Shown: one piece after another, positions 6,651 through 14,687 of the stretch
Position numbering within the stretch: position 1 is the stretch's first letter
Layout of the letters: each line of letters begins with the position of its first letter
The notes under the pieces: generated by a model
Seen by the model: only the letters and a program-made list of their open reading frames with translations
Databases searched by the model: none
What the model was told of the DNA's origin: nothing
Assembly (NCBI GenBank): GCA_050246755.1
Contig: JBFWVL010000001.1
Location: forward strand, 340,421 to 372,420
Length of the DNA: 32,000 nucleotides
DNA from: Bacteriovoracia bacterium
GTDB lineage: Bacteria > Bdellovibrionota > UBA1018 > CAIPTA01
Direction: 5' to 3'
Made by a program: the position numbers and the translations under genes

Positions 6651-8615
6651 ATGAAACTCAAACCTCTCACCACCGCCGCGATCTCTTCCTTCTTGCTTTC
6701 GGCCTCTGCCGGCACGACCTCCGCCGCCCCCGAAGCCGCAAAAAAAGCGGAATTCAATATCTGCTATTTTTCGCTGAATAAATCCGACGAGTACGATCTC
6801 ACCAAGAGCTTCATGAACAAGCTCAACGCCAACTCGGCGGTGAAGATCAACGTGATCGAGTTCCAGCCCGATAAAGACACCATCGCCAATAAAAAAGAAG
6901 CAATCCCCAATACCGCCTTCCGCAAGATGGTGGAGAGCGGAACGAAGTGCGAAGGCCTCGTGATCTCGGGCCACCATACCGGATCCTACGGAGGCAAGCG
7001 GGCCTACGATAAGCAGCGCCTCGAGATGGACGTGATGGAAGCTCTTTCCTGCGATCCCAAACACGCCGATTTTTTTCGCAATATCAACGCCGTTTGGCTC
7101 GAAGGCTGCCGCACCTTAGGCGTGGGCACGATCGTGGCCGGGCAAGAAGGCGATGAGCGGTTCAATCCCGACCACCACACGAACCGCGTGGGCGGAGTGC
7201 TCGACGACGATCAGCTCGGGCAAAACTACGCCCAGCTCAACAACGAATTCACCAATACCCTCGACCAGGATAATCCCCTCTCTTCGCGTTACCTTCGCCT
7301 CTTTCCCTCGGCCAAGCTTTTCGGCTGGACCCAGACCGCTCCCGGCGAAAAAGCCAATAGCCAGTACTCAATGCTTTTCCACATCGCGCACATGTCGCGG
7401 ATCCTAGACGCGCAAAACGATTTTCCTAAGGAATCCCCTTTGTCTCCCACGATCACCGCCGATTCCGCCGCCCGCTATATGGATGGGGTGCTCCTCGCGC
7501 TCGCGCGCTTCGGCAAGGAAGAACAGAAATGCGAAGAGCTCTCCACCACCGCCTGGATCGCCCACGGCACTAAGGGAAAGCTCAACGACCGCTACGCCTT
7601 CGATAATCCAGACCTAACCGCCTTCACCCCTCTCAGCTCCTCGGGCAATGAGGCCGTGCAAACCATGAAGGGCCTCGACTGCCAGCTCAAAGCCGCCGGC
7701 CGCAGCGCGGACATGGGCAAGCTGAACGCCGTGCTCGACGTGCTCAATGCGCGCCCCGAGCTCTTGCCCTACGCGTTCAATTCCCTCGTGGACCTGCGCA
7801 ATCAGGCCCTCAAGCAAGCCGCCGTGGACAAAAGCGAGGACGGCCGCAAGAAGAAGAGCCAATTCGCCCAGGCCATTCTCGACCGAATGAAAACCCACCC
7901 CACGGTGAAAACTTTCCTCGAGACCAAAATCGCTTCCAAGCAGCTGGGCGTGATGCGCAAGATCGACTACTACAAATTCTATAACAGCATGACCGGCAAA
8001 ACCGTGCCGGCCGTGCAGACCGAAATCGAAGCCCGTATTCTCGACGAGCTCAAAAAGCCCCTGCCCCGCACTTCCCAGACCTCGCGCATGCTCGCGCGCA
8101 GCTACCGTAGGATGATGCTGGAATCGGGTTTAAAAAATAAATTGCTCAGCCCCGGGATCGCCGAATCGATTCTCGCCCTGAATCCCGAATACGACGTGCT
8201 CGAAGCTATGGCAAAATTGATCAACTTCATCCCATCCGACGATAAAGTGGCTCTCTTGGCCCGCCTGGCTTCTTTTCCCCAGGCCAATAAGATCGTGGCG
8301 GGAGAAGTGCTGACGGCCATTCATAATATTCTCGGCGACACTTCTCGCTACCAGAGTTATTACAATTCGCTTTGGGTGCCGCTGAAGAACGTCGACGACT
8401 ACTGGCACGGGGAAATTCACGAAGATAATGGCACCGTAACCCCCGCCACTCCCCTCACCGCCATCCCGCCCGCGGGATCTATCGGGGGACCTCCCGGAGT
8501 ATTGGGCGCCGCGCCGGTACCCGTGCCCCGTAAACCGGGCCAGCCGGCTCCTCCTCCCGCGCCGGTGGAAACTAATCCCGTGGAAGACTTCTTCCGCAAT
8601 ATCTTCGGCCGTTAA
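6651..8615 (+). CDS. Large exported protein, unknown function, with a caspase-like His/Cys motif pair and a Pro-rich C-terminal tail
   Basis: 654 aa. Signal peptide MKLKPLTTAAISSFLLSASAGTTSAAP. Motifs GLVISGHHTG (His108/109, nt 6972-6977) and AVWLEGCRTLG (Cys153, nt 7107-7109). The C-terminus is PPAGSIGGPPGVLGAAPVPVPRKPGQPAPPPAP. It has coding-like composition and is tightly coupled to the upstream ORF. Confidence 0.6.
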   Translation: MKLKPLTTAAISSFLLSASAGTTSAAPEAAKKAEFNICYFSLNKSDEYDLTKSFMNKLNANSAVKINVIEFQPDKDTIANKKEAIPNTAFRKMVESGTKCEGLVISGHHTGSYGGKRAYDKQRLEMDVMEALSCDPKHADFFRNINAVWLEGCRTLGVGTIVAGQEGDERFNPDHHTNRVGGVLDDDQLGQNYAQLNNEFTNTLDQDNPLSSRYLRLFPSAKLFGWTQTAPGEKANSQYSMLFHIAHMSRILDAQNDFPKESPLSPTITADSAARYMDGVLLALARFGKEEQKCEELSTTAWIAHGTKGKLNDRYAFDNPDLTAFTPLSSSGNEAVQTMKGLDCQLKAAGRSADMGKLNAVLDVLNARPELLPYAFNSLVDLRNQALKQAAVDKSEDGRKKKSQFAQAILDRMKTHPTVKTFLETKIASKQLGVMRKIDYYKFYNSMTGKTVPAVQTEIEARILDELKKPLPRTSQTSRMLARSYRRMMLESGLKNKLLSPGIAESILALNPEYDVLEAMAKLINFIPSDDKVALLARLASFPQANKIVAGEVLTAIHNILGDTSRYQSYYNSLWVPLKNVDDYWHGEIHEDNGTVTPATPLTAIPPAGSIGGPPGVLGAAPVPVPRKPGQPAPPPAPVETNPVEDFFRNIFGR

Positions 8616-8677
8616 CGCGGCCGTTTAACCTAGGCGCGTATTGATTTCATTTAGGCAGGCGCAGTATTGTCTCGGCC

Positions 8678-9373
8678 ATGATTACCATTCGTAAATCCAA
8701 TGAACGCGGCCACGCCAACCACGGCTGGCTGGACTCCCACCACACCTTTTCCTTCGCGGATTACTACGATCCCCAGCATATGGGCTATAGCGTGCTCCGC
8801 GTGATCAACGAGGATCATATCGCCGCCGGGCAAGGCTTCGGCACCCACGGCCACCGCGATATGGAAATCATCACCTACGTGATCGAAGGCTCGCTCAAGC
8901 ACAAGGACAGCATGGGTAATTCTGAAGTGATCCGCCCCGGAGAAGTGCAGCGCATGAGCGCGGGCACCGGCGTGCAGCATTCCGAGCATAGCGACCCCAG
9001 CGTGAGCACCCACCTGCTCCAAATCTGGATCCTGCCCGAGAAACTCGGCGTGGCACCGAGCTACGAGCAAAAGCAATTCGCCAACGATTTTTCCTGCAGC
9101 GATATGATTCTCGTGGCTTCCCGTTCGGGCCGCGCCAATTCAGTTACGCTAAACCAAGACGTGGACCTATACGTGGCCAAGGCCCAGGCCGAAGGCGAGA
9201 AACATTTGAAAACCTTCCCCCACCGCCACTTGTGGATTCAAGTGGTGAGCGGAGAGGTGCGCGCGGAAGGCGCCACTCTGGGAAAAGGCGACGGCGCGGC
9301 GATCACGGGCGTGGAGATGCTCGTGATCCAGTGGACGAAGGGTTCCGAGTTTCTCGTGTTTGATATGCCGTAA
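8678..9373 (+). CDS. Pirin family protein (bicupin; quercetin 2,3-dioxygenase-like)
   Basis: 231 aa. RGHANHGWLDSHHTFSFADYYDP...GFGTHGHRDMEIITYVIEGSLKHKDSMGN...VQRMSAGTGVQHSE is the canonical pirin N-terminal cupin metal-site pattern (H, H, H, E). Confidence 0.9.
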   Translation: MITIRKSNERGHANHGWLDSHHTFSFADYYDPQHMGYSVLRVINEDHIAAGQGFGTHGHRDMEIITYVIEGSLKHKDSMGNSEVIRPGEVQRMSAGTGVQHSEHSDPSVSTHLLQIWILPEKLGVAPSYEQKQFANDFSCSDMILVASRSGRANSVTLNQDVDLYVAKAQAEGEKHLKTFPHRHLWIQVVSGEVRAEGATLGKGDGAAITGVEMLVIQWTKGSEFLVFDMP

Positions 9374-9374
9374 A

Positions 9375-9390
9375 TTTGCGGCGCCGCAAA
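9375..9390 (+). terminator. Perfect 16-nt palindrome (TTTGCGGCGCCGCAAA) 2 nt after the pirin stop; possible intrinsic terminator
   Basis: Seen directly. It gives a GC-rich stem of 6 bp with a GCGC loop, followed by AACTTGTTCGTTTT (moderately T-rich). It sits between convergent genes. Confidence 0.4.
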
Positions 9391-9412
9391 ACTTGTTCGT
9401 TTTCCGAACGCT

Positions 9413-9430
9413 ACCTCCGACGTCGGAGGT
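9413..9430. terminator. Perfect 18-nt palindrome (ACCTCCGACGTCGGAGGT) between convergent genes; hairpin, non-canonical terminator
   Basis: Seen directly, 6 nt beyond the stop of the minus-strand ATPase gene. On the plus strand it is followed by AAAAA, so on the minus strand it is preceded by TTTTT. Neither strand has a proper trailing U-tract. Confidence 0.3.
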
Positions 9431-9435
9431 AAAAA

Positions 9436-10806
9436 CTACCCGGCTTTTTTCGCGGCCGCGGCTTTCGCGCGCTGCTGGGCCAGTAAATGCTGGTGGTACT
9501 GCGCGAGCGTCATCCCCGCTTTTACCGCCGCCGCCTGCAAAGCTTGCATCTGCGCCGGGGTTAAATGCGCGAGCCCAGGCGGAACGGCGGCCGGTGCCGG
9601 CTTCGCGGCATGCCCCTGATTCTGGGCCGCACTCAAGGCCAACGCATGGCCCGCGGCTTCCGGTGATCCCTTCAGGGGAATTTCTCCACGGAAAGGATTG
9701 TAACGCCCGCCGGGGAGGGCAAATTTTTCGATGGGGAAATTGAATCCGTTCACGGCGATTTCGTCGAAGAAGGTAGGAATATTTCCGCAGGGCTGCATCC
9801 CGCCGAGGATCTTATGGTCTTCGGCGATCCCGGTCTGCTCGAAACGGAAAATATCCTGGGTCGTATATTTTCCATGCTCGTCTACGCCAAGAACTTCGGA
9901 GATATGGGAAAGCTTACGGGAACCATCGTGGTAGCGCTTCGCCTGGATCACGATGTGCACGGCGCCGGCAATCTGCCGGCGAAGGGCGGCCAACGGAATC
10001 GTGGTATCGCCCATCATCGCGAGGGTTTCCAAGCGAACGAGGCAATCCATCGGGCTGTTACTGTGGGTGGTGCCCATCGAGCCGCCGTGGCCGGTATTCA
10101 TTACGGTGATCAAATCGAGAGCCTCGGGCCCGCGCACTTCCCCCACGATGATGCGGTCGGGGCGGAGCCGCATCGCGGAGCGCACGAGATCGCGGATCGT
10201 GAGCGCTCCTTTTCCTTCGTGGTTGGCGGCCTTGGTTTCGAAACATACCACGTGCTCGGCGGTGATCTGCAATTCGGAGGCGTCTTCCACGATCATCAGG
10301 CGCTCGTCTTTGGGCATGAGGCCGCCGAGCAAGTTGAGGATGGTGGTCTTACCAGAGCCGGTACCGCCCGAGACGATGATATTCTTGGCCAGCGAAATGC
10401 AAAGCTTGAGGAAGTCGGCGCCGTCGGCGCTCATGGTGCCGAAGGAAATAAATTTGTCGAAAGTGATCTCGGCGGCTTTGGAGAACTTACGAATGGCCAC
10501 CGTGGTGCCGGCACGGGCGGCGGGCGGCAATACCGCGTGAATACGCGAGCCATCGGGCAAGCGCGCGTCGAGGGTTGGATTTTCTGCGTCGATCTTCCGT
10601 TTCACGAACTGCGCGATATTGCGGACCGCGGCCTGCAGGGAAGTTTCGTCATGGAACTTGGCGCCTTCCATGAGCTCGAGCTTACCTTTACGCTCCACCC
10701 AGATTTCGGATGGGCCATTGATCAGCACCTCGCTCACCGTAGGGTCGGCGAGGAAGTCTTTAATCGGAGCGAGGAAGGTCGCTATACTCTGGTCGAAAAC
10801 ACTCAA
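9436..10806 (-). CDS. CpaF/TadA/VirB11-family secretion (type II/IV) ATPase with a ~94-aa Ala/Gln-rich C-terminal extension
   Basis: 456 aa. Walker A is VSGGTGSGKTTILN, the Asp box IVEDASEL, Walker B RPDRIIVGEVRG and the His box GHGGSMGTTHSNS. TTG start preceded by GAGGTG. The tail from ALPGGRYNPF onward (nt 9436-9720) is low-complexity and lies outside the ATPase core. Confidence 0.9.
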   Translation of the reverse strand: MSVFDQSIATFLAPIKDFLADPTVSEVLINGPSEIWVERKGKLELMEGAKFHDETSLQAAVRNIAQFVKRKIDAENPTLDARLPDGSRIHAVLPPAARAGTTVAIRKFSKAAEITFDKFISFGTMSADGADFLKLCISLAKNIIVSGGTGSGKTTILNLLGGLMPKDERLMIVEDASELQITAEHVVCFETKAANHEGKGALTIRDLVRSAMRLRPDRIIVGEVRGPEALDLITVMNTGHGGSMGTTHSNSPMDCLVRLETLAMMGDTTIPLAALRRQIAGAVHIVIQAKRYHDGSRKLSHISEVLGVDEHGKYTTQDIFRFEQTGIAEDHKILGGMQPCGNIPTFFDEIAVNGFNFPIEKFALPGGRYNPFRGEIPLKGSPEAAGHALALSAAQNQGHAAKPAPAAVPPGLAHLTPAQMQALQAAAVKAGMTLAQYHQHLLAQQRAKAAAAKKAG

Positions 10807-10836
10807 CGGTCACCTCTTTGGTCGCCTGGCGCTACG

Positions 10837-11265
10837 CTAATCGCGGACAATTACTTGCCCTTCGATTTCCTGCACGGGGCAGTAAAAACGGTATTGCCCC
10901 GGCTTGGTGGGCAGAAAGCTCATCTGCTCCACGGCCTGGTTGGAAATTCCTTTGCGGAGATTGAAATCGTCCATCATGAAGCAGAGCTTGCGCGCGGAAG
11001 CGCTGGTCACGAAAAGTTTCACGGGAATATTTCGGCGCACGAAAATTTTCGCGGGCAGGTAGCCGGTGTCGGTGGCGATGATGCCCACTTCTTGCACGCC
11101 GTGCTTATACACTTCCTCGGGCTTCACGCTTTCTTCGCGTACGGGCTGCACTTCTTGGGTGGAACCGAGGGCTTCGCGCTTTTGCGGAACGCCGGAATAA
11201 TTGCTCTTCGTGGGCGCCGCGCCGGTAAGCGAAACAAATGCGAGTACGGCCAATAAAATTCTCAT
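10837..11265 (-). CDS. Exported cupredoxin-like domain protein lacking the canonical His copper ligands
   Basis: 142 aa. Signal peptide MRILLAVLAFVSLTGAAP, with AGGAGGG before the ATG. The C-terminal ~90 aa follow the cupredoxin_1/EfeO-type pattern (VGIIATDTGYLPAKIFVRRNIPVKLFVT...MSFLPTKPGQYRFYCPVQEIEGQVIV). No HxF or GH..M ligand motifs are present. Confidence 0.55.
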   Translation of the reverse strand: MRILLAVLAFVSLTGAAPTKSNYSGVPQKREALGSTQEVQPVREESVKPEEVYKHGVQEVGIIATDTGYLPAKIFVRRNIPVKLFVTSASARKLCFMMDDFNLRKGISNQAVEQMSFLPTKPGQYRFYCPVQEIEGQVIVRD

Positions 11266-11359
11266 GCGTCCCTCCTAAGCTACTTATCGGGTTTTTCCTT
11301 AATCCTCTCGAGGGGTTTGACCGTTTTTCCCCTAGGGCGCAACTATTTGATATTATTGG

Positions 11360-12367
11360 CTAACGGCGCTCATAGCCGCTGGAGGGAGCCCCGCCATTGC
11401 CGATCTGCGACTGGCAGTCCGCCCCGGCCATCACGGCTTCCGTTTGGATCCACTGCCCTTCACTCTCGAATTGCGCGGGCTCCTTGCGGTTGCACTGAAA
11501 AATGAAGATGTCGTCGGCGGGGCAGCCATTCATCGCGGGCACCTTTACCTGGCCGCGGCCGGCCGAAATGAAATCCACCGGATAGTAATTTCCCTGCACC
11601 ACGATCTGATTCGGGCAAATATACTGATCGGGTGAATCCGGCGTAATCGGCACGGGATTGGCGGCGGCCTCCGCCTGCGCGGTCGCAAAAGTGTCGGCGG
11701 CCACGCGAGGACTCCGCGAGGAAGCAATGCTCCGCGCCGAGGCTTGCTCGGGCGTGAGGCACTCGGTATTGGCCCAAACGCCGCCACCGCGCTCGCAGGT
11801 GACATTCTGCGAAAGCTGAATGGGCGGACTAAATAAACCTACTTTTTCCCATTCGAGCGGCGCCTTGGTGGCCCCGTCGTTGAACGTAACCCTCACCTTC
11901 ACGTGCATGCTCTTGGTATTTTCGCAGCGCCCGCCGGCCGCGCAAACCGGCTCCCAGCTGGCTTCCACGCGCAGCGGACAAGCGGCGCTCGGAAATCCGC
12001 GGCAGCCGAATCCATCCGCGGTCAGCCCCGAATCCAGACCGATTTGGCTGAGCGGCTGGGCCGAAGCCTCGCCCGTTTCATAGAGTAAAAAGTTCGTTCC
12101 TTTGCCGGAACAATCGCCGAGCGCGGAGAAGAGACAAGAAAAAGAGTTTCCGTTGCGCGGCACGCTCACGCTCACTGCTTCCGGAGTGCTGAGCGCCTTC
12201 TCCGCCTGCTCACGCAGGCGATCAAACATTTCCTCCGGACGAACCGCCGCCACTTTGGGCCCCGAAGCACTCGAAGCAATATAATAGAGCCCGCCTATCA
12301 GGGCGCAGGCGCCTAAAGCCAGTACGGCCAGAATCGCAAAACTGCCGTTTTCACGACGAGAAGTCAT
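11360..12367 (-). CDS. N-terminally membrane-anchored, Cys-rich extracytoplasmic protein, unknown function
   Basis: 335 aa. It has a single N-terminal hydrophobic helix (FAILAVLALGACALIGGLYYIASSA). The rest is hydrophilic with many Cys residues. ATG start. I recognise no family. Confidence 0.55.
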   Translation of the reverse strand: MTSRRENGSFAILAVLALGACALIGGLYYIASSASGPKVAAVRPEEMFDRLREQAEKALSTPEAVSVSVPRNGNSFSCLFSALGDCSGKGTNFLLYETGEASAQPLSQIGLDSGLTADGFGCRGFPSAACPLRVEASWEPVCAAGGRCENTKSMHVKVRVTFNDGATKAPLEWEKVGLFSPPIQLSQNVTCERGGGVWANTECLTPEQASARSIASSRSPRVAADTFATAQAEAAANPVPITPDSPDQYICPNQIVVQGNYYPVDFISAGRGQVKVPAMNGCPADDIFIFQCNRKEPAQFESEGQWIQTEAVMAGADCQSQIGNGGAPSSGYERR

Positions 12368-12399
12368 GCCTAACTCATCGGAAGCGTTTAAGGGAAAAT

Positions 12400-12975
12400 T
12401 TAGGGTTGTTGCACTGGGAAGACGGTCTCGAAAATCCCGAACGGGCCGGGAGGCGGCTTATCGCCCGACTCTACGGGCAACGGGATAGGAGGAATGGGGG
12501 CAATAGGACCGATAGACTCGGGATTTGCGGGAACAGCGGTATCAGGCGCTTCCACCGGAGCATCCTCATTATAGATCTTCGAAGCGTTTTGGTCGATGCA
12601 GGTGGCGAGCGAAACGAAATACTTATTGGAAACGTAGATACGGTATGGACTCAAAACATCCCGGAGGCGGCGTACCGGCGCAAAGGTGCAGGTAACCGGG
12701 TGGTGCTTGCCCGACTGCAGATCCGGGTGCCCGTTCGCGTCGTATTTAGTGTAGGTGAGCATGTCTAAATCGAGCGTGCAGGTTTTATTTTCGCAGTGAA
12801 ATTTTTTGAAATCGTAGCCAATATCCCCTTCGCACCAAGTATTATTGCAAGCCTCTTGGATGCCTTCAAGCACGCGGCGCTCCTGGGCGGGCGTGAATAG
12901 AGAGCGAGTGCGGGCCGCGCCGGCTTCCGCCATCCCACCTACCGCGAGAGCAAAAAGGAAAATACTGATTCTCAT
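12400..12975 (-). CDS. Exported Cys-rich protein with Pro-rich C-terminal tail, unknown function
   Basis: 191 aa. Signal peptide MRISIFLFALAVGGMAEA and several Cys (CNNTWCEGD, HCENKTCTLD). The C-terminus is PIAPIPPIPLPVESGDKPPPGPFGIFETVFPVQQP. Confidence 0.55.
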   Translation of the reverse strand: MRISIFLFALAVGGMAEAGAARTRSLFTPAQERRVLEGIQEACNNTWCEGDIGYDFKKFHCENKTCTLDLDMLTYTKYDANGHPDLQSGKHHPVTCTFAPVRRLRDVLSPYRIYVSNKYFVSLATCIDQNASKIYNEDAPVEAPDTAVPANPESIGPIAPIPPIPLPVESGDKPPPGPFGIFETVFPVQQP

Positions 12976-13085
12976 TACCGTCCTATCGACACCTAAAGCC
13001 CCGAACTTTACAGAGAGGAAATAGGCGGTTTTTTAAACGGTAGAGGGTGGAGAATGACGCACCTCTTAACTAAAGGTGCCTGACA

Positions 13086-13856
13086 CTATTTAGCGAGAAA
13101 CTCCACCTTACCCAATTGATCGAACGTGGCACTCACCGTATCGCCCGCACGAAAAGCCACGGCCGCGGTGGCGCCGCCCGCGAGCACGATGGATCCGGCC
13201 GGCAAAGATTCGCCCATGGCGCCCAGTAGCTTCACGAGCTCCAGCAGCGAAAGCAGGGGATTCCCCAGAATGGCGGCCGAAGACCCCTTTTGCGCGGCCG
13301 CTCCATTTTTTTCGAGCGTGATACCGATATTTTTTAGTTCGAGTTCCCCCGGTTTTTTCCTTACCGTACCGAGCACGAAGGCCGAGGAGGAGCAGTTGTC
13401 GGCCACCACGTCGGGCAGGGCGAAATCAAAATTCTCGAAACGAGAATCAATCACTTCGATCGCCCCGCATACGCTCTCGATCGCCGCAATGGCTTCGGCT
13501 TCGGAAGGATTGCCATGCAGCTCTTTACCCATCACGAAGGCAATCTCGGGTTCGGCCTTAGGATGAATTCTTCTTCCGAGCGTGAGCGTCGCGCCGCTCG
13601 CTATTTGCATGCGGTCGGTGAGGAAGCCGTGGATAGGGCTATCAATTCCCATTTGCTCCATCTTGGGCTTGGAGGTCATTCCCATCTTGCGGCCAACGAT
13701 CCGCGCGCCGCCTTTGAGGTGAAGGGCCATGAGCAAGCGCTGCACTTCGTAGCCCTGACCGAGCGAAAAACTCGGCTCTTCCACCGTAAACTTAATTACG
13801 GACTTTCCCGTTTGCTCCGCCGCGAACAATATTCCCGCGATTTCTTGCGCCTTCAT
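13086..13856 (-). CDS. 2-oxopent-4-enoate hydratase / 4-oxalocrotonate decarboxylase family enzyme (AmnE/AmnF, MhpD/XylI/XylJ type), paralog 2
   Basis: The track ORF starts at TTG 13868. I prefer ATG at 13856 (MKAQEIAG...), which has GGAG 6 nt upstream and sits 1 nt after the upstream stop. Motifs are YEVQ, RIVGRKMGMTSKPKMEQMGIDSPIHGFL and EPEIAF...EVIDSRF. Which paralog is the hydratase and which the decarboxylase cannot be told by eye. Confidence 0.85.
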   Translation of the reverse strand: MKAQEIAGILFAAEQTGKSVIKFTVEEPSFSLGQGYEVQRLLMALHLKGGARIVGRKMGMTSKPKMEQMGIDSPIHGFLTDRMQIASGATLTLGRRIHPKAEPEIAFVMGKELHGNPSEAEAIAAIESVCGAIEVIDSRFENFDFALPDVVADNCSSSAFVLGTVRKKPGELELKNIGITLEKNGAAAQKGSSAAILGNPLLSLLELVKLLGAMGESLPAGSIVLAGGATAAVAFRAGDTVSATFDQLGKVEFLAK

Positions 13857-13857
13857 T

Positions 13858-14637
13858 CTATTCTCCAAAAAAACAGTGCACGTTTCCGAGACCAGCGATT
13901 TCCACGTCTACCCTATCGCCCGCCTTCACCGGCATCACCGGCCCAAAGGCGCCGGAAAGAATCACTTCACCGGCTTTCAGTGCCACCCCGAATTTTCCGA
14001 GCGCATTCGCAAGCCAGGCCACCGCCAGGCAAGGGTGATCGAGGCAAGCCGCGCCGGTGCCGGTGGAAAGAATTTCCCCGTTAATTTTCAGGCTCATCTT
14101 GGCGAGGGTTAAATCCAGGGAGGAAAGCGAATGCTTTTCCGTGCCCAGCACAAAGTGCGAAGAAGAGGCGTTGTCGGCGATCGTGTCCTGGATCTTGATT
14201 TTCCAGTCGCGCACGCGGGAATCAATGATCTCGATCGAGGGAAGAATATAGTCCGTTGCGTGGATCACATCCTGCATCGTTATGCCGGGGCCTATCAAGT
14301 CGCTCTTGAGCACGAAGGCCACCTCGCCCTCCACCCGGGGCAAAAGGAGCTTGGCGCGGGAAAGGCTTCCGCCCGAGGAAATCTTCATGTCGGAAGTGAG
14401 GTAGCCGAAATCGGGCTCTTCCACGCCCAATTGTTTCTGCACTGCCCTAGAAGTAAGGCCGATTTTCTTCCCCACGAGGGTCAGGCCTTCTTGCTCGAGG
14501 CGGCGCTTGAGGTTAATCTCGGACACGGAGTAGGCGTTGCCGATCGTGATTCCGGGAAACTGGGCGGTGAGCGGTTCCACCGGCGAGGCCGAGAGGCGGG
14601 CCTGAAAAAGGGCGTCAGCTAAGGAAGTAAGATTCAT
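13858..14637 (-). CDS. 2-oxopent-4-enoate hydratase / 4-oxalocrotonate decarboxylase family enzyme (AmnE/AmnF, MhpD/XylI/XylJ type), paralog 1
   Basis: 259 aa. Motifs are YSVSE, LVGKKIGLTSRAVQKQLGVEEPDFGYL, EGEVAFVL...IEIIDSRV and ADNASSSHFVLG. Same family as the downstream gene, the usual adjacent-pair arrangement in meta-cleavage operons. Confidence 0.85.
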   Translation of the reverse strand: MNLTSLADALFQARLSASPVEPLTAQFPGITIGNAYSVSEINLKRRLEQEGLTLVGKKIGLTSRAVQKQLGVEEPDFGYLTSDMKISSGGSLSRAKLLLPRVEGEVAFVLKSDLIGPGITMQDVIHATDYILPSIEIIDSRVRDWKIKIQDTIADNASSSHFVLGTEKHSLSSLDLTLAKMSLKINGEILSTGTGAACLDHPCLAVAWLANALGKFGVALKAGEVILSGAFGPVMPVKAGDRVDVEIAGLGNVHCFFGE

Positions 14638-14687
14638 CTTCCCCCACTCTAGTGTCAGGCCAGCGTGATTTCAAGAAGGGATACTCG
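14638..14687. promoter_or_regulatory. ~50-bp divergent intergenic region between the hydratase/decarboxylase pair and kynA
   Basis: This is the only non-coding DNA between divergent start codons (14637 minus, 14688 plus). I recognise no boxes. No regulator gene is visible in the cluster. Confidence 0.3.

Noticed and set aside
8607-8629. Tandem near-repeat GGCCGTTAAC / GGCCGTTTAAC spanning the stop codon of the 654-aa gene
   Set aside because: Only two short copies with no further periodicity. Probably a slippage remnant or weak hairpin context, not a repeat element.
9814-11256. 480-aa plus-strand ORF, the longest unannotated ORF in the track
   Set aside because: It lies antisense to the CpaF-like ATPase and the cupredoxin-like gene and runs across their intergenic gap. 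Its Gly/His/Arg/Ala-rich translation has no recognisable motif. The opposite strand carries unambiguous Walker A/B and His-box motifs. This is a typical shadow ORF of GC-rich DNA.
12976-13085. Possible terminator or promoter between the hydratase/decarboxylase pair and the Cys-rich protein gene (6-bp GCACCT/AGGTGC hairpin on the minus strand)
   Set aside because: The stem is short, the loop is 9 nt, and no U-tract follows. This is not enough to call a terminator.
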